DNA of 64,000 bases from Octopus vulgaris (lineage: Eukaryota): contig OX597832.1 of the NCBI GenBank assembly GCA_951406725.2, forward strand, positions 53,754,001 to 53,818,000, in the 5' to 3' direction. How positions within the stretch are numbered: position 1 is the stretch's first letter; every line of letters starts with the position of its first letter. The notes under the pieces were generated by a model. It saw nothing but the letters and a program-made list of their open reading frames with translations. It had not been told where the DNA came from and ran no database searches. Shown here in pieces: positions 12,421-25,985 of the stretch. A program made the position numbers and the translations under genes.

Positions 12421-13479
12421 AAGCATGTTGCTATAACAAAGAGATAGCTATAGAGAATAACAATGTCGAAAACAAGGATGAATTGTTAGAAGTGTTTTTC
12501 GTGTGACACGTCTTTTCATAGCTCACAGCACTCAACCAACTGAACAAGCCTATCAATGGGAAAACAACTCTAGATTTCTATAGAGGGTTCGACAAGGATA
12601 TGACCGATGACGGCCTGGGATTGGCATCGATGAGAGAAGTTTGAGTTGTCTTTTCTGGAGAAATTTCAGGCCGGAAACTGCAGACAACTTCCAAAAGTCC
12701 TTGGCATGCCGGCTCTTCAGGCGTAGAAGCATCAGTAGCCGAACCTCTACGAGATACGTGTATGGAAACGAAAGTATCCAGTACTCCCTCGTTCAGTGTC
12801 GATGCATGAGGGTCTTGGGGTCTTGTGTTAAACAGCTGTTGTCATGAGTAGGGCGAATCTGGCTGTTCGATCGACACGTCATTTTTCCTTGGCAGGGAAG
12901 GGAGGCGAATTTTTTTTTATCGGTGGCAGTGGCCCACGTGGACTGACAAACTTCGCAAAAACAGAAAAGGCTTAGAGAAAGCAATAAGAAAAATCAATAA
13001 AGAAGAGTGAGGAGTACACCTCCCGTGAAAAGAAATCTTCACAGTGGTTCTGTTTACCGGTTACAAATTTACCTTTATATCTCATGAAGAGAAATCTATT
13101 ACATGCGAGAAGAACCATCCATCTGTCTGATCGAAATGAAATTCGCAGTCCTTCATATGAATAGCAATGATCTTTTATGATACTTATACAAAATACACAA
13201 GGAATTTCCAGATGCATACAAATAATTTAGACAATATATGTTTAGCGGTGGTGTTAAAGAAACTAGTTTTGTCGCTGTCGTCACAGCGATTTTAGATTTG
13301 ATGTATCTCCTCGGAAAAAAAAAATGAAAAAGAATTAACTGTGAATGTTGTATAAAAACCAGACATTGTCACTTAAACCAAGAGAGGGCTTACCTGTGAG
13401 GAATTTTTTTTTGCGCCCTTTTCAAGCCTATCCAGGCTCATAGGCCCGGTTTCTCGGTTTCTGTGGTGTATAAGAGACG

Positions 13480-14607
13480 AACTCTATAACTGGTTAAAGT
13501 CCTTTATTTTCGGCCGAAAAGAGGTTGTCACAGTTCTAGGACAGCACTCTTCGCCCTATGAGATGACATCTGGTGTGCCGCAGGGATCTGTTCTTGGCCC
13601 CCCTTTTATTTGTTGCATATGTTAATGACATAGATGCCAACTTAAAGAATGTCACAGTGCTGAAATATGCAGATGACATCAAGCTGTACCTCGAAATAAA
13701 GAGGTCAAATCCTATACACTATGGATCTCTATTGCAAGCAGACCTGGACACAATGCAGCAGTGGATCATGGACTGGCAACTCAAGCTGGCTGTGGACAAA
13801 TGTACCACAATGCATTTTGGGAGGAGAAACCCAGCGTCGACCTACTCCCTCCACAACACTAGTCTCAAAAAGTGACCTGGGTGTTATTGTCGACAGTGAT
13901 TTGCGTTGGACAAAACACATCGCTAAAATTGTCAAGAAGGCTGAGGGTGTCTTGGCATCACTCACCAAATCCTTTGTGACCCGCTCTCCGGCTATCTATC
14001 TGCGGCTTTATATAGCTATTGTAAGACCTCATCTGGAATTTGCATCACCGGTCTGGAACCCCTATCTTGCCCAGGACATCAATCGTCTGGAAGCTGTTCA
14101 GCGACGTGCAACCAAAAGAATACCCTCCATCAGGCATTTGCCATATCCTGAACGCCTTACTTCCCTGGGCATGGACACATTGAAACTCCGACGTCTGGCA
14201 GCTGACTTGGCAGACACCCATAAAATTATCAACCATCGCACAAACAATAACTCTGAGCACCTCTTCAAACTCCACCCATCTAACACCCGTGGACATATTT
14301 ACAAAGTAAGAAAACAGCACAGCTCCCATGACTTCAGGAAACATTTTTTCACGCTGAGAGTTGCTGAAGCGTGGAACAAACTGCCGGCATCGGTTGTTAG
14401 TTGTCGGAGCACTGCATCCTTCAAAACTTCCATGCTTCCTAAGATTCGCCAACACTACACTTGATTTTCTCCCCTCCATACACACACAAGCATGTTCACT
14501 TTCCAGACATTTCTACATTGCTGCATGTACTTTATATGCACTTTCTGACAAGTTGTGGTGCACCTGAGCACTGTATACAATAATTTCATTATTATTATTA
14601 TTATTAT
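13480..14607 (+). mobile_element. CR1-clade LINE, family B, 5'-truncated, (ATT)n tail
   Basis: GVPQGSVL, YADDIKLY, RPHLEFASPVWNP and VQRRATK motifs; one frameshift near 13870. Sister fragments at 39580-40080 (+) and 895-1000 (-). Confidence 0.88.
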
Positions 14608-15932
14608 ATGTGTTCCCCACCCCCACCCAGCTGAACGGGATGCCAGTCCATCGCAGCGTTACTCAAGAAACAGGAAGAGAGAGTGAGAGAAAGTTGTGGC
14701 AAAAGAGTACAACAGGGGTCGCCACCACCCCCTGCCGGAGCCTCGTGGAGCTTTTAGGTGTTTTCGCTCAATAAACACACACATCACCTGGTCTGGGAAT
14801 CGAAACCGCGATCCTCCGACCGCGAGTTCACTGCCCTAACCACTGGGCCATTGCGCCTCCACTGTCCCCCTTTTAAAGCCTATCCAGGTTCATAGGCCCG
14901 GTTTCCCGGTTTCTATGGCGTATGTGTTCCCCAGCTGGACAGGACACCAGTCCATCGCAGCGTTACTCATTTTTGCCAGCTGAGTGGACTGGAGCAACGT
15001 GAAATGAAGTGTTTTGGGATCTTTTCCTTTTGAACGGCACTTTGTAACATAATTTTCTAGGTAACTAAAAAGTTTTAAACTTCGTATACTGGTAGAATGT
15101 GTTTATAAAACATCATTTTCTCTTGACTTTATTGAGAAAACTCTATAGTTTGTAAGATATTTCGTTTTAGATTTAGGGTTAGAGTTAGGGGTTGGGGAAG
15201 GGTATCTTTTTTTCTTCACAAATGTAAATAAACCCAATTGCATTTCGGCAATTTTAACCAATCACTGGAATCCATTTAGGTAAATAACATTCTGTGCATA
15301 ATGAATATGTCCCTCCTTTAAGAAACAGATTGGGTTTATTTACATTTGTGAAGAAAAAAGATACCCTTCCCCAACCCCTAACCCTAACTCTAACCCTAAA
15401 TCTGAAATAGATTGAAATGCAATAGATCGATACTAGGGTTATAATTATGGGTGACAATTTCATACGACACCGCTACGGAAACTGGGATTTTTTTTCTAGC
15501 GGTGTCAAATGAAAACGTCATCCATAATTATGGCCCTAGTATCGATCTATTGCATTTCAATCTGTTTTAGATTTAGGGTTAGAGTTAGGGGTTGGGGAAG
15601 GGTATCTTTTTTCTTCACAAATGTAAATAAACCCAATCTGTTTCTTAAAGGAGAGACATATTCAAATGCAAGTAATTTCAGACGAAATATCTTACAAACT
15701 ATAGAATTTTCTCAATAAAGTCAAGAGAAAATGATGTTTTATAAACACATTCTACCAGCATACAAAGTTTAAAACTTTTTAGTTACCTAGAAATTATGTT
15801 ACAAAGTGCCGTTCAAAAGGGAAAGATCCGTGTTTTGCTCAAGAACACAACGCGTCGCCCGGTCCAGGAATCGAAACCACAATCTTACGATCATGATCCT
15901 GACACCCTAACCACTAAGCCACGCGCCTCCAC
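14608..15932 (-). mobile_element. Two adjacent SINE-like elements (family 3); the second is split by a MITE
   Basis: tRNA-like heads on the minus strand (GGAGGCGCRTGGC..GGTTAGGG..GGTTTCGATTCC). Related copy at 55835-56135. Confidence 0.6.
15017..15829. mobile_element. Palindromic MITE with GGATC...GATCC ends and 8-bp TSD (Merlin-like; hAT or P not excluded)
   Basis: TSD GTGTTTTG at 15009-15016 and 15830-15837, long inverted arms, internal TTAGGG-like blocks. Confidence 0.8.
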
Positions 15933-16524
15933 ACCTGTGAGGAATATTGGCAGACATTTTCTCGAGTGTAAGTGGGCAAGGCTTATGTTACAATCTGGAG
16001 AGATATTCTCTCAACTGTGAGAGGTTAAGGGCATCTGCTGCATTTTCATCACTGAAGACTCAACTAAAACACGGGATAAAATAGTAATTTATACTTCTAT
16101 TTATACATTTGATCCCCAATATTTAAGTCAGAGAAATACAAAGGTGACACTCGGGGGTATTTACAGCTTTTTGTCACAGTATGGGCATGTGTTAAGCGCA
16201 GGGGTGACAACATGTGGTTAAGAGGAATTGAGATGGATTTGAAGGTCCCCTGCTCAGTTGAGGGTGCTATGACAAAGGACACGAGACTGATGGAGCAGAG
16301 CTAAGGCCTAGTTATTATACAAATGGTAGTAGAAACCAGTCAGTGGAGGGCCATTTACTCAGAACTCGAAAAGCTAATACAGCAACAAGATGAGTAGGAA
16401 TCAATTTCTAGAACACGATCACTACCCAGAAATAGTGAATGAAATCACCCTGAATTCAATCCTGGAAACAAGTGAGCAGGGAGCCGTCCATCAACCGTAG
16501 TAACCAGCTGCGGTGCGTTACGTT

Positions 16525-16940
16525 GTGAGTTCAAATTCCGCCGAGGTTGACTTTGCCTTTCATCCTTTCGGGGTCGATAAATTAAGTACCAGTTACGCAC
16601 TGGGGTCGATGTAATCGTCTTAATACCTATGTCTTTCCTTGTTTGTCCCCTCTGTGTTTAGCCCCTTGTGGGTAATAAAGAAATAGGTATTCCATCGAAT
16701 ACCGGCGAGCTGGCAGAAACGTTAGCACGCCGGGCGAAATGCTTAGCAGTATTTCGTCTGCTGTTACATTCTGAGTTCAAATTCCGCCGCGGTCGACTTT
16801 GCCTTTCATCCTTTCGGGGCCAATTAAATATAAGTACCAGTTGCGCACTGGACTCGATATAATCGACTTAATCCGTTTGTCTGTCCTTGTTTGTCCCTTC
16901 TGTGTTTAGCCCCTTGTGGGTAGTAAAGAAATAGGTATTC
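16525..16940 (+). mobile_element. Two tandem SINE family 2 copies
   Basis: Repeated GAGTTCAAATTCCGCC..AAAGAAATAGGTATT. Confidence 0.8.
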
Positions 16941-19549
16941 CATCGATGACCAGGAGGAGATAAATTAGGATCACGAAAAATAAACCCTGGCTGAAAATAT
17001 AAGAAGACTTCAAAGGAGAAGTGTGAACCCCTACCTACTAACGGCGACGTAAAGTGCTAAGAGGGTCCACTCTTTGGGAAAGTATCCATGAAGTCGCATT
17101 AGTGTAACATGAACGCCAAGAAATAGTAGATATGTACATCAACAGATCTTGCGAACTTTTAGATGAAATATTCAGACACGAGGGCGAGAGAGTGTTCGTA
17201 AAATATTTATGTTGGCATGAATGAAAGACAACCTTAACATGTTTAAACACTCTTAACCTGCTAATAGCATTTGGTGTGCCAGATCTCAATTCCAGAAATG
17301 ACAGGAGGGCAAAGTTATGGAGTGCTACTGTCCAATTTAGCCACCCTAAAAGTTGCTTTTTTAATTCAATTTATGTATTGTTTATATACTGGCTGTTTTT
17401 CTTATATTATTTAATATACATTTCATGTTCTTCTTTTAAATATTTATCTGTCTATAATTTCTCATTCCTTCTCACGTTTTAATATGACTAGGTGACAAAC
17501 CCCATAAGTATTTTACCATCCTCGTCTTAATGTCTGTTGTACTGTATCTTTTGAATACTTGTAGCTAATAAAGAAGTCATCATCATCATCATCATCATTA
17601 ACTGATGAATAAAGAAACCCATTGATTTTTAGCTGGAACTTCTTGTAAGTTTTTTGCCAAAATTTCCCCTCTTTTCCTACCTTTTTTTGTGTATCTGGTC
17701 GTTTTGAATTTTCCCACAAGTAAACTAAATTTTTCTTCAGAGAAATGAATATGAATTCATGTATCAAGTATGAGAAGTACACCCTTTATTCCTGGAACAA
17801 CTAGCGGCATATCATGTAGATATAAAACCTTGATAAATACTTGTTCATTGTCTCATGAAAAAGAAAGTGAACACGTTGAACAAATAAGTGGAAAAAATCA
17901 TTCAAAATATTTCATTAGCAGATTCCTGTACAAATTAAGAACTGGATCCTATTAATTATTGGTGCCAATTCGTCCCAAACGACCCACAGACTTCATAGCA
18001 TCTAATTGACTGCCTTCACCCGAAATATGAAGAAAATAATGTATTTATATTGAACACTTACCGATCGTTTGTTGGAAATTCCGATCGTTTGTTGAAGATT
18101 CTTTAGAAGAGATCACCTTGCTATAACTTTCTAATAATTCTTTGTTGTTGTTGTTGTTATCAACGCCGCTATTGATGAATCGAAGACGCCTTGTAACCGG
18201 TAACGATATTCAAATGACGAATAAAAATGTAATTTCATAAATTAAACAAAATAAAAAATGAAAAGAACTGTAACTATCATATTCCATCTCAAAATGCTGA
18301 GACATTTTTTTCCTTTAACATCTTGCTGAATTCTAATACTTTCTCCAAGTCATGAACTTTTATGTCACGAGTACACAGGAACCAACATCACCTGTATTAA
18401 AGGGGTTTTCGTATTCTCCGGGAATTCTAGTATTTCGTTTGATTTGAAGACATGATGTACCTGCTTCTCGAAGACCAACAATATCGCCATTAAGTATATT
18501 TACAGAATCAGTGTTAATACCTGTGTTAAATGTATTTCAACTGTTTTCATTCTGTTGCTCCCTTACATCTAGCTATGTTAGTCACTGAAACCGCTCTTAA
18601 CTTCAAGGTACGACAAGGTATCAGAATTCATACAAGTATTTTTACCAACGTGGACTGTATATCTTACTTTCGATGCAAATTTATCTTGTCATAGCTTGTA
18701 AAACCGGTTCGATTTTCTCACTCATCACAGATAAATTCCCACTTTAAAATCTCCACTAATTAATTTTAATCATATTCATCAACGAAACCTTCCCAAATCT
18801 TATATCCGGCATTCCTGACACATCTTTCCTCATAATTTGAACTTTCACACTTCCCTATGCTTCCCGCAATTTCCACAATTCACCGTATTCATATCGTTGT
18901 CGTCGTCACCATCATCATCATCATAATATTATCATTATTGTTATTATTAAGGTTAGAGAAGTACAAAAGATGACACTCAGGAGTATTTACATCTCTGAAT
19001 CTGACTGGTCGTCAGGTTTGTGTCACAGTAAGGGCAGGTGTTTAGTGCAGAGGTGACGAGATGTAGTTAAGAGGGATCGATAAATTAAGTACCAGTGAAA
19101 CGCTGGGGTCGATATAATCGACTAGTCCCCTCCACCCCAAATTCCAGGCTTTGTGCCTTTAATAAAAAGGATTATTATTATTAAGGCGATAAGTTAGCTG
19201 AATCCTTAGCACACCAGGTAAAATCCATTGCAGTATTTCGTCTGTTTTTACGTTCTGAGTTCAAATTCCTCTTTGCCTTTCATCTTTTCAGGGTTCATAA
19301 AATAAGTACCAGTTGAGTACTGGGGTTGAGGATGTAATTGACTGATTCCCTTCCCCAAAATTGCTGGCCTTGTGCCACACACTTAAACTCAATTCCCACA
19401 AAAAATTGGAGATTTTCGTGGGAATATCACCAAGAGAATTCTTGGTGATTTGCTGTTGGAAACACCCCACGCAAATAGGAGGGATAGGCAATCCACCCCT
19501 CCAAACAAAATCAAATAAGTTATCTTTTTCTTTTCTTTTATTTTCCTGA

Positions 19550-20860
19550 CAACATGGTTGTGCACAGAATAGGCAACGTGAATGTACATGGCCTGGGGCC
19601 GTCTTGGAAGCAGGGTCACCTGCTCAATGACCTCAGGGTACTGACTGTCAACATGGTGGCCATTAAGGAAACCAGAATTTCTGACTCCCAGGACTTCCGA
19701 CTCATTTTCAGTGACTATGAGATGTACGCATCTTCAAGTCGTCTGGGAGCTGAAGGTGGAGTTGAGATGATGATTCAGAAAAATCTGGATCTTGCAATAC
19801 AGACGACCTTCCTGGATCTGGAAGGTAAGTCGGTGGTCCTGGACGTGACAGGCAGCGAAGGACACTTTCAGGCTAGTTGCTGTCTATGCCCTGACGGGCA
19901 AGATGACCAGATTTCTTCAGACGTCTGGAAACCTTCCTGTGAGCGTCCCACTCTTTAATGTTAGTAGGGGATTGGAATGGAGTTTTAGATGTAAGGTGGG
20001 TTTAGCAGATAGGAGAGAAGGGTGCAAAAGCCTCGCAAACCTGCTCAGACGATTCCAACTGTCTGACAGGTATTGACAAGGCAGCGAGCTGGCAGAAACG
20101 TTAGCACGCCGGGCGAAATGCGTAGCCGTATTTTGTCTGCCGTTACGTTCTGAGTTCAAATTCTGCCGAGGTCGACTTTGCCTTTCATCCTTTTGGGGGT
20201 CGATAAATTAAGTACCAGTTACGCACTGGGGTTGATATAATCGACTTAATCCGTTTGTCTGTCCTTGTTTGTCCCTTCTGTGTTTAGCCCCTTGTGGGTA
20301 GTAAAGAAATAAGTATTGACTGGATTTCTCAGACATACCAGAGTGGACCTGGTGAAACTGCATTGGGTCATACAGATCGTATCTAGATAGGGCATTCTGT
20401 AGAGTAGCAGATAAGGATAGCATAGGTTGTCCACAGATTAAAGTAGCTGACTACACAGACCACAAATTTGCGATCTGTACAGTCAACTTAAGCTTCATAG
20501 ACAGGGACCCAGTTACTGGAAGTTGAACACGCTGTTGCTGACGTGTAAAGATTTCAGTGACCGGATTAGTGAACTAATTAAGAGGGTGTCAACAGGGGCA
20601 ATAATCAACAATAAATGGTAGTTCACCTTGAAAAGAGGGATTAGAATAGAATCGATATGGTTCAGCAAAGGACTAGCAATAGAAAGAAATAGAGTAGAGG
20701 CAGTGCTAGTCAAGAAGTTAGACAAGGCTTTCAGAAAAGGCATCATGATCGATGTGCTCGCAGCAAGAGTGGCACTCAACCAATTCTTCAACATGAAACA
20801 CAGAAGTTGTGTTGTTAGAGCTAAGGCATGAGCACTTAGACATGGGGATGAAAGCCGTTC
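19550..20860 (+). mobile_element. Decayed L1/Tx1-clade ORF2 fragment (APE endonuclease), with a SINE family 2 insertion at 20079-20315
   Basis: IGNVNVHGL, VAIKETRI, DH and YWKLN motifs; multiple stops and frameshifts. Confidence 0.7.
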
Positions 20861-21073
20861 AATGATGGTGAGGCAATCTATCTGCTGACAACACCCACTT
20901 TCTGGTGGCCTGGGCATGCCATGATTGATGATGTGCAGACTTGCACTAAGGCAAAATTTCCAGTGTTCCTTGACAGTGAACAGATGTGATCACCCTTCAC
21001 CACATACATACAGGAGTTGGACAAAGTAATGAAAACACCTTAGAATTTCAAACAGACTTACATTCCAGATCCA

Positions 21074-21482
21074 GGCGCAGGAGTGGCTGTGTGGTAAGTG
21101 GCTTGTTTACCAACCACTTGGTTCTGGGTTCAGCCCCATTGCAGGGCACCTTGGCAAGTGTCTTCTTCTATAGCCTTGGGCCGACCAAAGCCTTGTGAGT
21201 GGATTTAGTAGACGGAAACTGAAAGAAGCCCGTCGTATATATGTATATATATATGTATGTATGTGTGTGTATATGTTTGTGTGTCTGTGCTTGCCCCTCC
21301 AACATTGCTTGACAACCGATACTGGTGTGTGTACGTCCCCGTAACTTAGCGGTTCGGCAAAAAGAGACCGATAGAATAAGTACTAAGCTTACAATGAATA
21401 AGTCCCGGGGTCGATTTGCTCAACTAAAGGCGGTGCTCCAGCATGGCCGCAGTCAAATGACTGAAACAAGTAAAAGTAAAAG
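21074..21482 (+). mobile_element. SINE family 1
   Basis: Homologous to 1053-1455. Confidence 0.85.
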
Positions 21483-22424
21483 ATATACTCAAATGAATAA
21501 ATAACAGACAGTGGATAAATGTCAGTTCATTACAACCGTTTCTTGTGCATTTTTAAATAGATGAATGAGTACATTACATCATTGAAAAAATTGTCTGTTA
21601 TTTATTCATTTGGTGTAATCATACTTCTGTTTTGAGTTCTATTTTCCTGTTTGAATCTCCAAACTTACTCTGGTATCAACATATATCAACATTAGTAAAA
21701 AGTCTTTGGCATTCTTTCGATATAACTCGACAAAATCAAAACATTTCACTTTGGGTATTTCCGTTTTTACGTTCTGAGTTCAAATTCCTCTTTGCCTTTC
21801 ATCTTTTCAGGGTTCATAAAATAAGTACCAGTTGAGTACTGGGGTTGAGGATGTAATTGACTGATTCCCTTCCCCAAAATTGCTGGCCTTGTGCCGCACA
21901 CTTAAACTCAATTCCCACAAAAAATTGGAGATTTTCGAGGGAATATCACCAAGAGAATTCTTGGTGATTTGCTGTTGGAAACACCCCACGCAAATAGGAG
22001 GGACAGGCAATCCACCCCTGGAGTATAGATATAACGAAAATATGCCAGCAATGTCTCGTTTTAAACTTGAAGAATAAAAAAGCCTTGCATATTTGTTCTT
22101 ACCTGTTTCATGTGTGTATGTAAAATCCGCAAATTTCCAAGCAGAAAACAGAATCGAATTGTCATTTGCTTCCACGGAAATACCCAAAGGGAAATGTTTT
22201 GATTTTGTCGAGTTATATCAAAAGAATGTCAAGTCTTTTCCCCCTGGCAACAGTAATACTAGTAATGATATAACTACTAATAATAGCAGCAATACTACTA
22301 CTTCTACTAAATCCTATAACAAAACATACTGATGCAATACAATACCAGGAAGAGTTTGTACTCCCACAACAGATAAAAAAGGCAAGAACACACAAGGCTG
22401 CACACTATTCAACAACACAGGTAT

Positions 22425-22890
22425 AGTTAGTTAATTAGTTAATTTTTTGGCTCAGAAAGCAAAAAGCAAGGCCATGTAGGGGGACATGGAGTTATGTACA
22501 GGGTGGTATTCATGTAAAGAGTTCAGGTCAAGGGAGACTTTGAACCGAGCGGTCATCAATATCTTCACCATCTCGTCTGGCATCTTATTCCACGGATCCG
22601 CAACCTGGACGGAGAAAGCCCCTCTCCTCCGATTGAGATGAAATCGTCGCAGATAGAGCTTTTCGGAGTGACCCCGCAGCCGACTCTCTGGAGCAGGAGT
22701 GAAGAACAGCTCTTTCGAGAGGTTACACTTTCCGCTTATGATGTTGTGTGCAAGAATGAGATCACCACGGCGGCGGTGTTTTTCTAGAGAATAAAGGTCG
22801 AGTGTCTTCAGCCTTTCTTCATAAGACAAATTCTTGAGACCAAGAACCATGCAGGTAGCCAGCTTCTGGAGTCTTTCGAGATGCTGTATG
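22425..22890 (-). mobile_element. CR1/L2 LINE 3' end, family A
   Basis: ORF LSYEERLKTLDLYSLE..RRRGDLI..WNKMP with (TAAC)n tail. Confidence 0.85.
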
Positions 22891-23124
22891 TCTTTGAGGA
22901 GATAAGGAGAAGAGGCTTGAATCCCGTACTCTGGTGTAGAAATCTGAAACTATCATATGTTGAATAATAATAGTTATGATGATAATAATAATCTGAGCCA
23001 CAGTAAATATTCTGTTCAATCCCACAGACTTGCTTGTCAGTTGTTTGAACTTAACCAGTTGATCATGTCCCTTGGTGACTGATCACATGACTGTGCTGAG
23101 AGGAATGTGTAGCCATAACTCTCT

Positions 23125-23528
23125 CTCTTTACTCTTTTACTTGTTTCAGTCATTTGACTGCGGCCATGCTGGAGCACCGCCTTTAGTCGAGCAAATCGAC
23201 CCCGGGACTTATTCTTTGTAAGCCCAGTACTTATTCTATCGGTCTCTTTTGCCGAACCGCTAAGTGACAGGGACGTAAACACACCACCATCGGTTGTCAA
23301 GCAATGCTAGGGGAACAAACACAGACACGCAAACATATACACACACATACATATATACATATATACGACAGGCTTCTTTCAGTTTCTGTCTACCAAATCC
23401 ACTCACAAGGCATTGGTCGGCTCGGGGCTATAGCAGAAGACACTTGCCCAAGATGCCACGCAGTGGGACTGAACCCGGAACCATGTGGTTGGTTAGCAAG
23501 CTACTTACCACACAGCCACTCCTGCACC
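23125..23528 (-). mobile_element. SINE family 1
   Basis: Reverse-complement homology to 1053-1455. Confidence 0.85.
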
Positions 23529-23996
23529 TGTGTTGAGAGGAATTTTTGGGGGTTCGAATAATTCATCTCTGGACACATGGGTGTTTCATTCAACATACTT
23601 AAAGAAACCTTATTCAGGGATCTTTCGAGTGGGATGGGCTACTCAATCTGAAGAAAATTCTAACTGGGCCCCCACCTGCAAACTTATGTGCTGTTAATCT
23701 TGATATGAAATCACCATGTTGTGCACATATGGTTGTAATGCATGTGCCTGGTGTACCCTTATCAGACAGGTAGTCATGACGGGTATACTGGGCTTTGTAT
23801 ATTTTACCCCAGTGTCACTTTGCTGGCATGCACTGCTCTCTCACTCAATAATAATAATAATAATAATGGTAGTAAAGGTGATGCTGTTAATAATAATGAT
23901 AATAATAGTGATAATGCTAAGAAAAGAAAACCATTAGGTACATGGTAGAGCTGTCAAGATATAAACACACGGAAACAGTGCCTTATCTCATGGACC

Positions 23997-24479
23997 TGTA
24001 ATGTAACTGGTTGATTCTTTACACTGTTTGGGTGCAACCAATTTCCTTTCTTTAGTTTCCAGAAACTACCAGTCAGGAACAAGAACGCAACCTTAAAAAT
24101 ATATATAACTCTTTATTTTCTTATTTACAAAAGAAGTACGTTGGTATATTGGTATCCACTTGTTTCGATATAGCAAGGCTGAATTTTAACATTTGTAAGA
24201 TAAACCTCACAACAAATTCAGCAGCAACAGAGCAGGTCAAATCCTAAGCGTCTGGGACAGGAGAATCGGCTGATCACACGTTTAACACGTCCTTTCTCTT
24301 CAATAGCCATGTCTCAAGTCAACGACGCTAACAAGGAACGCGATAGAATTTTCTTCCCCAGTCTCTAGCGCATGTGCATGAGGGAACTTCCTTAGGCCTT
24401 TCCAGAAGGTTCCAGCCCCGCACACGCACAGTGAAGAATGACGTTCCGCACACGCACACTGGGAAATGACGTCACTACA
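23997..24479 (-). mobile_element. Solo LTR (Gypsy-like)
   Basis: TGTAAT...ACTACA termini and 4-bp TSD GACC (23993-23996 and 24480-24483). Same terminal hexamers as 4469-4899. Confidence 0.75.
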
Positions 24480-24733
24480 GACCTTTAAGGGAAGGTCTCT
24501 CACTAGGCAGTGGTTTGAGAAGGAACTGGACAAACGAAGAGAAGAGATTAGTGGTGCAGTTCTATTTGAAGAGAGTAGAGTCTTGAGGACCAGACTAAAG
24601 CTATTAGGAGAAAAAGTGAATAACAGAATAGGAAGCAGAAGAGATCATGAAATAGAACAGCCAACCAGCATAAGTAATAGGGTCCAAGCCAAAGAAGGGC
24701 CTACAAAAAAAATTAAATAAATAATAAATAATA

Positions 24734-25105
24734 GGCGCAGGAGTGGCTGTGTGGTAAGTAGCTTGCTTACCAACCACATGGTTCCGGGTTCAGTCCCACT
24801 GCGTGGCATCTTGGGCAAGTGTCTTCTGCTATAGCCCTGGGCTGACCAATGCCATGTGAGTGGATTTGGTAGACAGAAACTGAAAGAAGCCTGTCGTATA
24901 TATGTATGTGTGCGTATATGTTTATGTGTCTGTGTTTGTCCCCCTAGCATTGCTTGACAACTGATGCTGGTGTGTTTACATCCCCGTCACTTAGCAGTTT
25001 GGCAAAAGAGACCGATAGAATAAGTACTAGGCTTACAAATAATAAGTCCCGGGGTCGATTTGCTCGACTAAAGGCGGTGTTCCAGCATGGCCGCAGTAAA
25101 AGAGT
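24734..25105 (+). mobile_element. SINE family 1
   Basis: Homologous to 1053-1455. Confidence 0.85.
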
Positions 25106-25109
25106 AATA

Positions 25110-25985
25110 GCACTACCAATTAGGAAGGGAAAATTAATACCAGCAATTTGATAGAAGAAGATCAGAATATTTTAGATGATTTGAAGAAAGTAATGAGTAA
25201 AAAAGAAAGTAAAAGATTACTGGCATTTTAAAGTGTTAATAGAAGGAAGTTGCTAGATATTACTAGAAAAGTAGGTTTTGGTATCAATAGGACAGATATT
25301 AAAAATGTAAGTGACACTAACTTATTGATTTATACAGGAGCGGGTAGTAGTTACTAGCAGAATAGGTACTCCCCAAGAAAAGAATAGGAAAGAGGAGATG
25401 TGGAAAAGGAGATAAGAAAATAAAACAAAAACTTTAAGACACAATCTGAGTAGAATAGAAGCCTGTAAACAGGACAAGTTAGAAAACACAAGATTTAAAT
25501 CTTATCTTGCAAAAAATATTTAGTCAGAGAGGAAAGATTTTGTATTGTGATGAGCTGAAACAGCATATCATAGCAATAGCAAGTAAGCTTTCCAGATATC
25601 AGAAAAGAATGGAGACCAGAGGAGGTTTTATTGCCAAATAAACAGAAGAAATCATTGAAGATGAGAACCCTAATGCAGAAGAAGCTAGAAAGTTCTGGAG
25701 TCATTTGGAATAAGCCAGTTAACCATAATGAAGATGCAGCATAGTTAAAGAAAGTGAGGGAAGAAGTAGTTAGTGATTTAGTAGTTGTAGACAAAGAGAA
25801 TAGAAAGTGCCAGGTAATTGACTTTACAGTCCCAAATGATGAGAAAATCAATATGAGAGGTAGAGAGAAAATAGCAGAGTATCAGGGCCTAACCATTGAA
25901 TTTCACAGGCTAAGGAAAGTGCAGTGCAGGTAAAATGTATCTCTGTAGTTATCGGTGCATAAGGAACTGTCCCTAGAGACTTGGG
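25110..25985 (+). mobile_element. Highly decayed R4/Dong-like LINE fragments
   Basis: Residual MWKRR, FWSHLE and VIDFTVP motifs with many stops. Confidence 0.45.

Noticed and set aside
15368-15400. True telomere or chromosome-fusion site
   Set aside because: Only 3-4 degenerate units, inside a TSD-flanked MITE.
21990-22420. Thr/Asn/Ser-rich exon
   Set aside because: Interrupted by stops, no recognisable homology and no clear acceptor.
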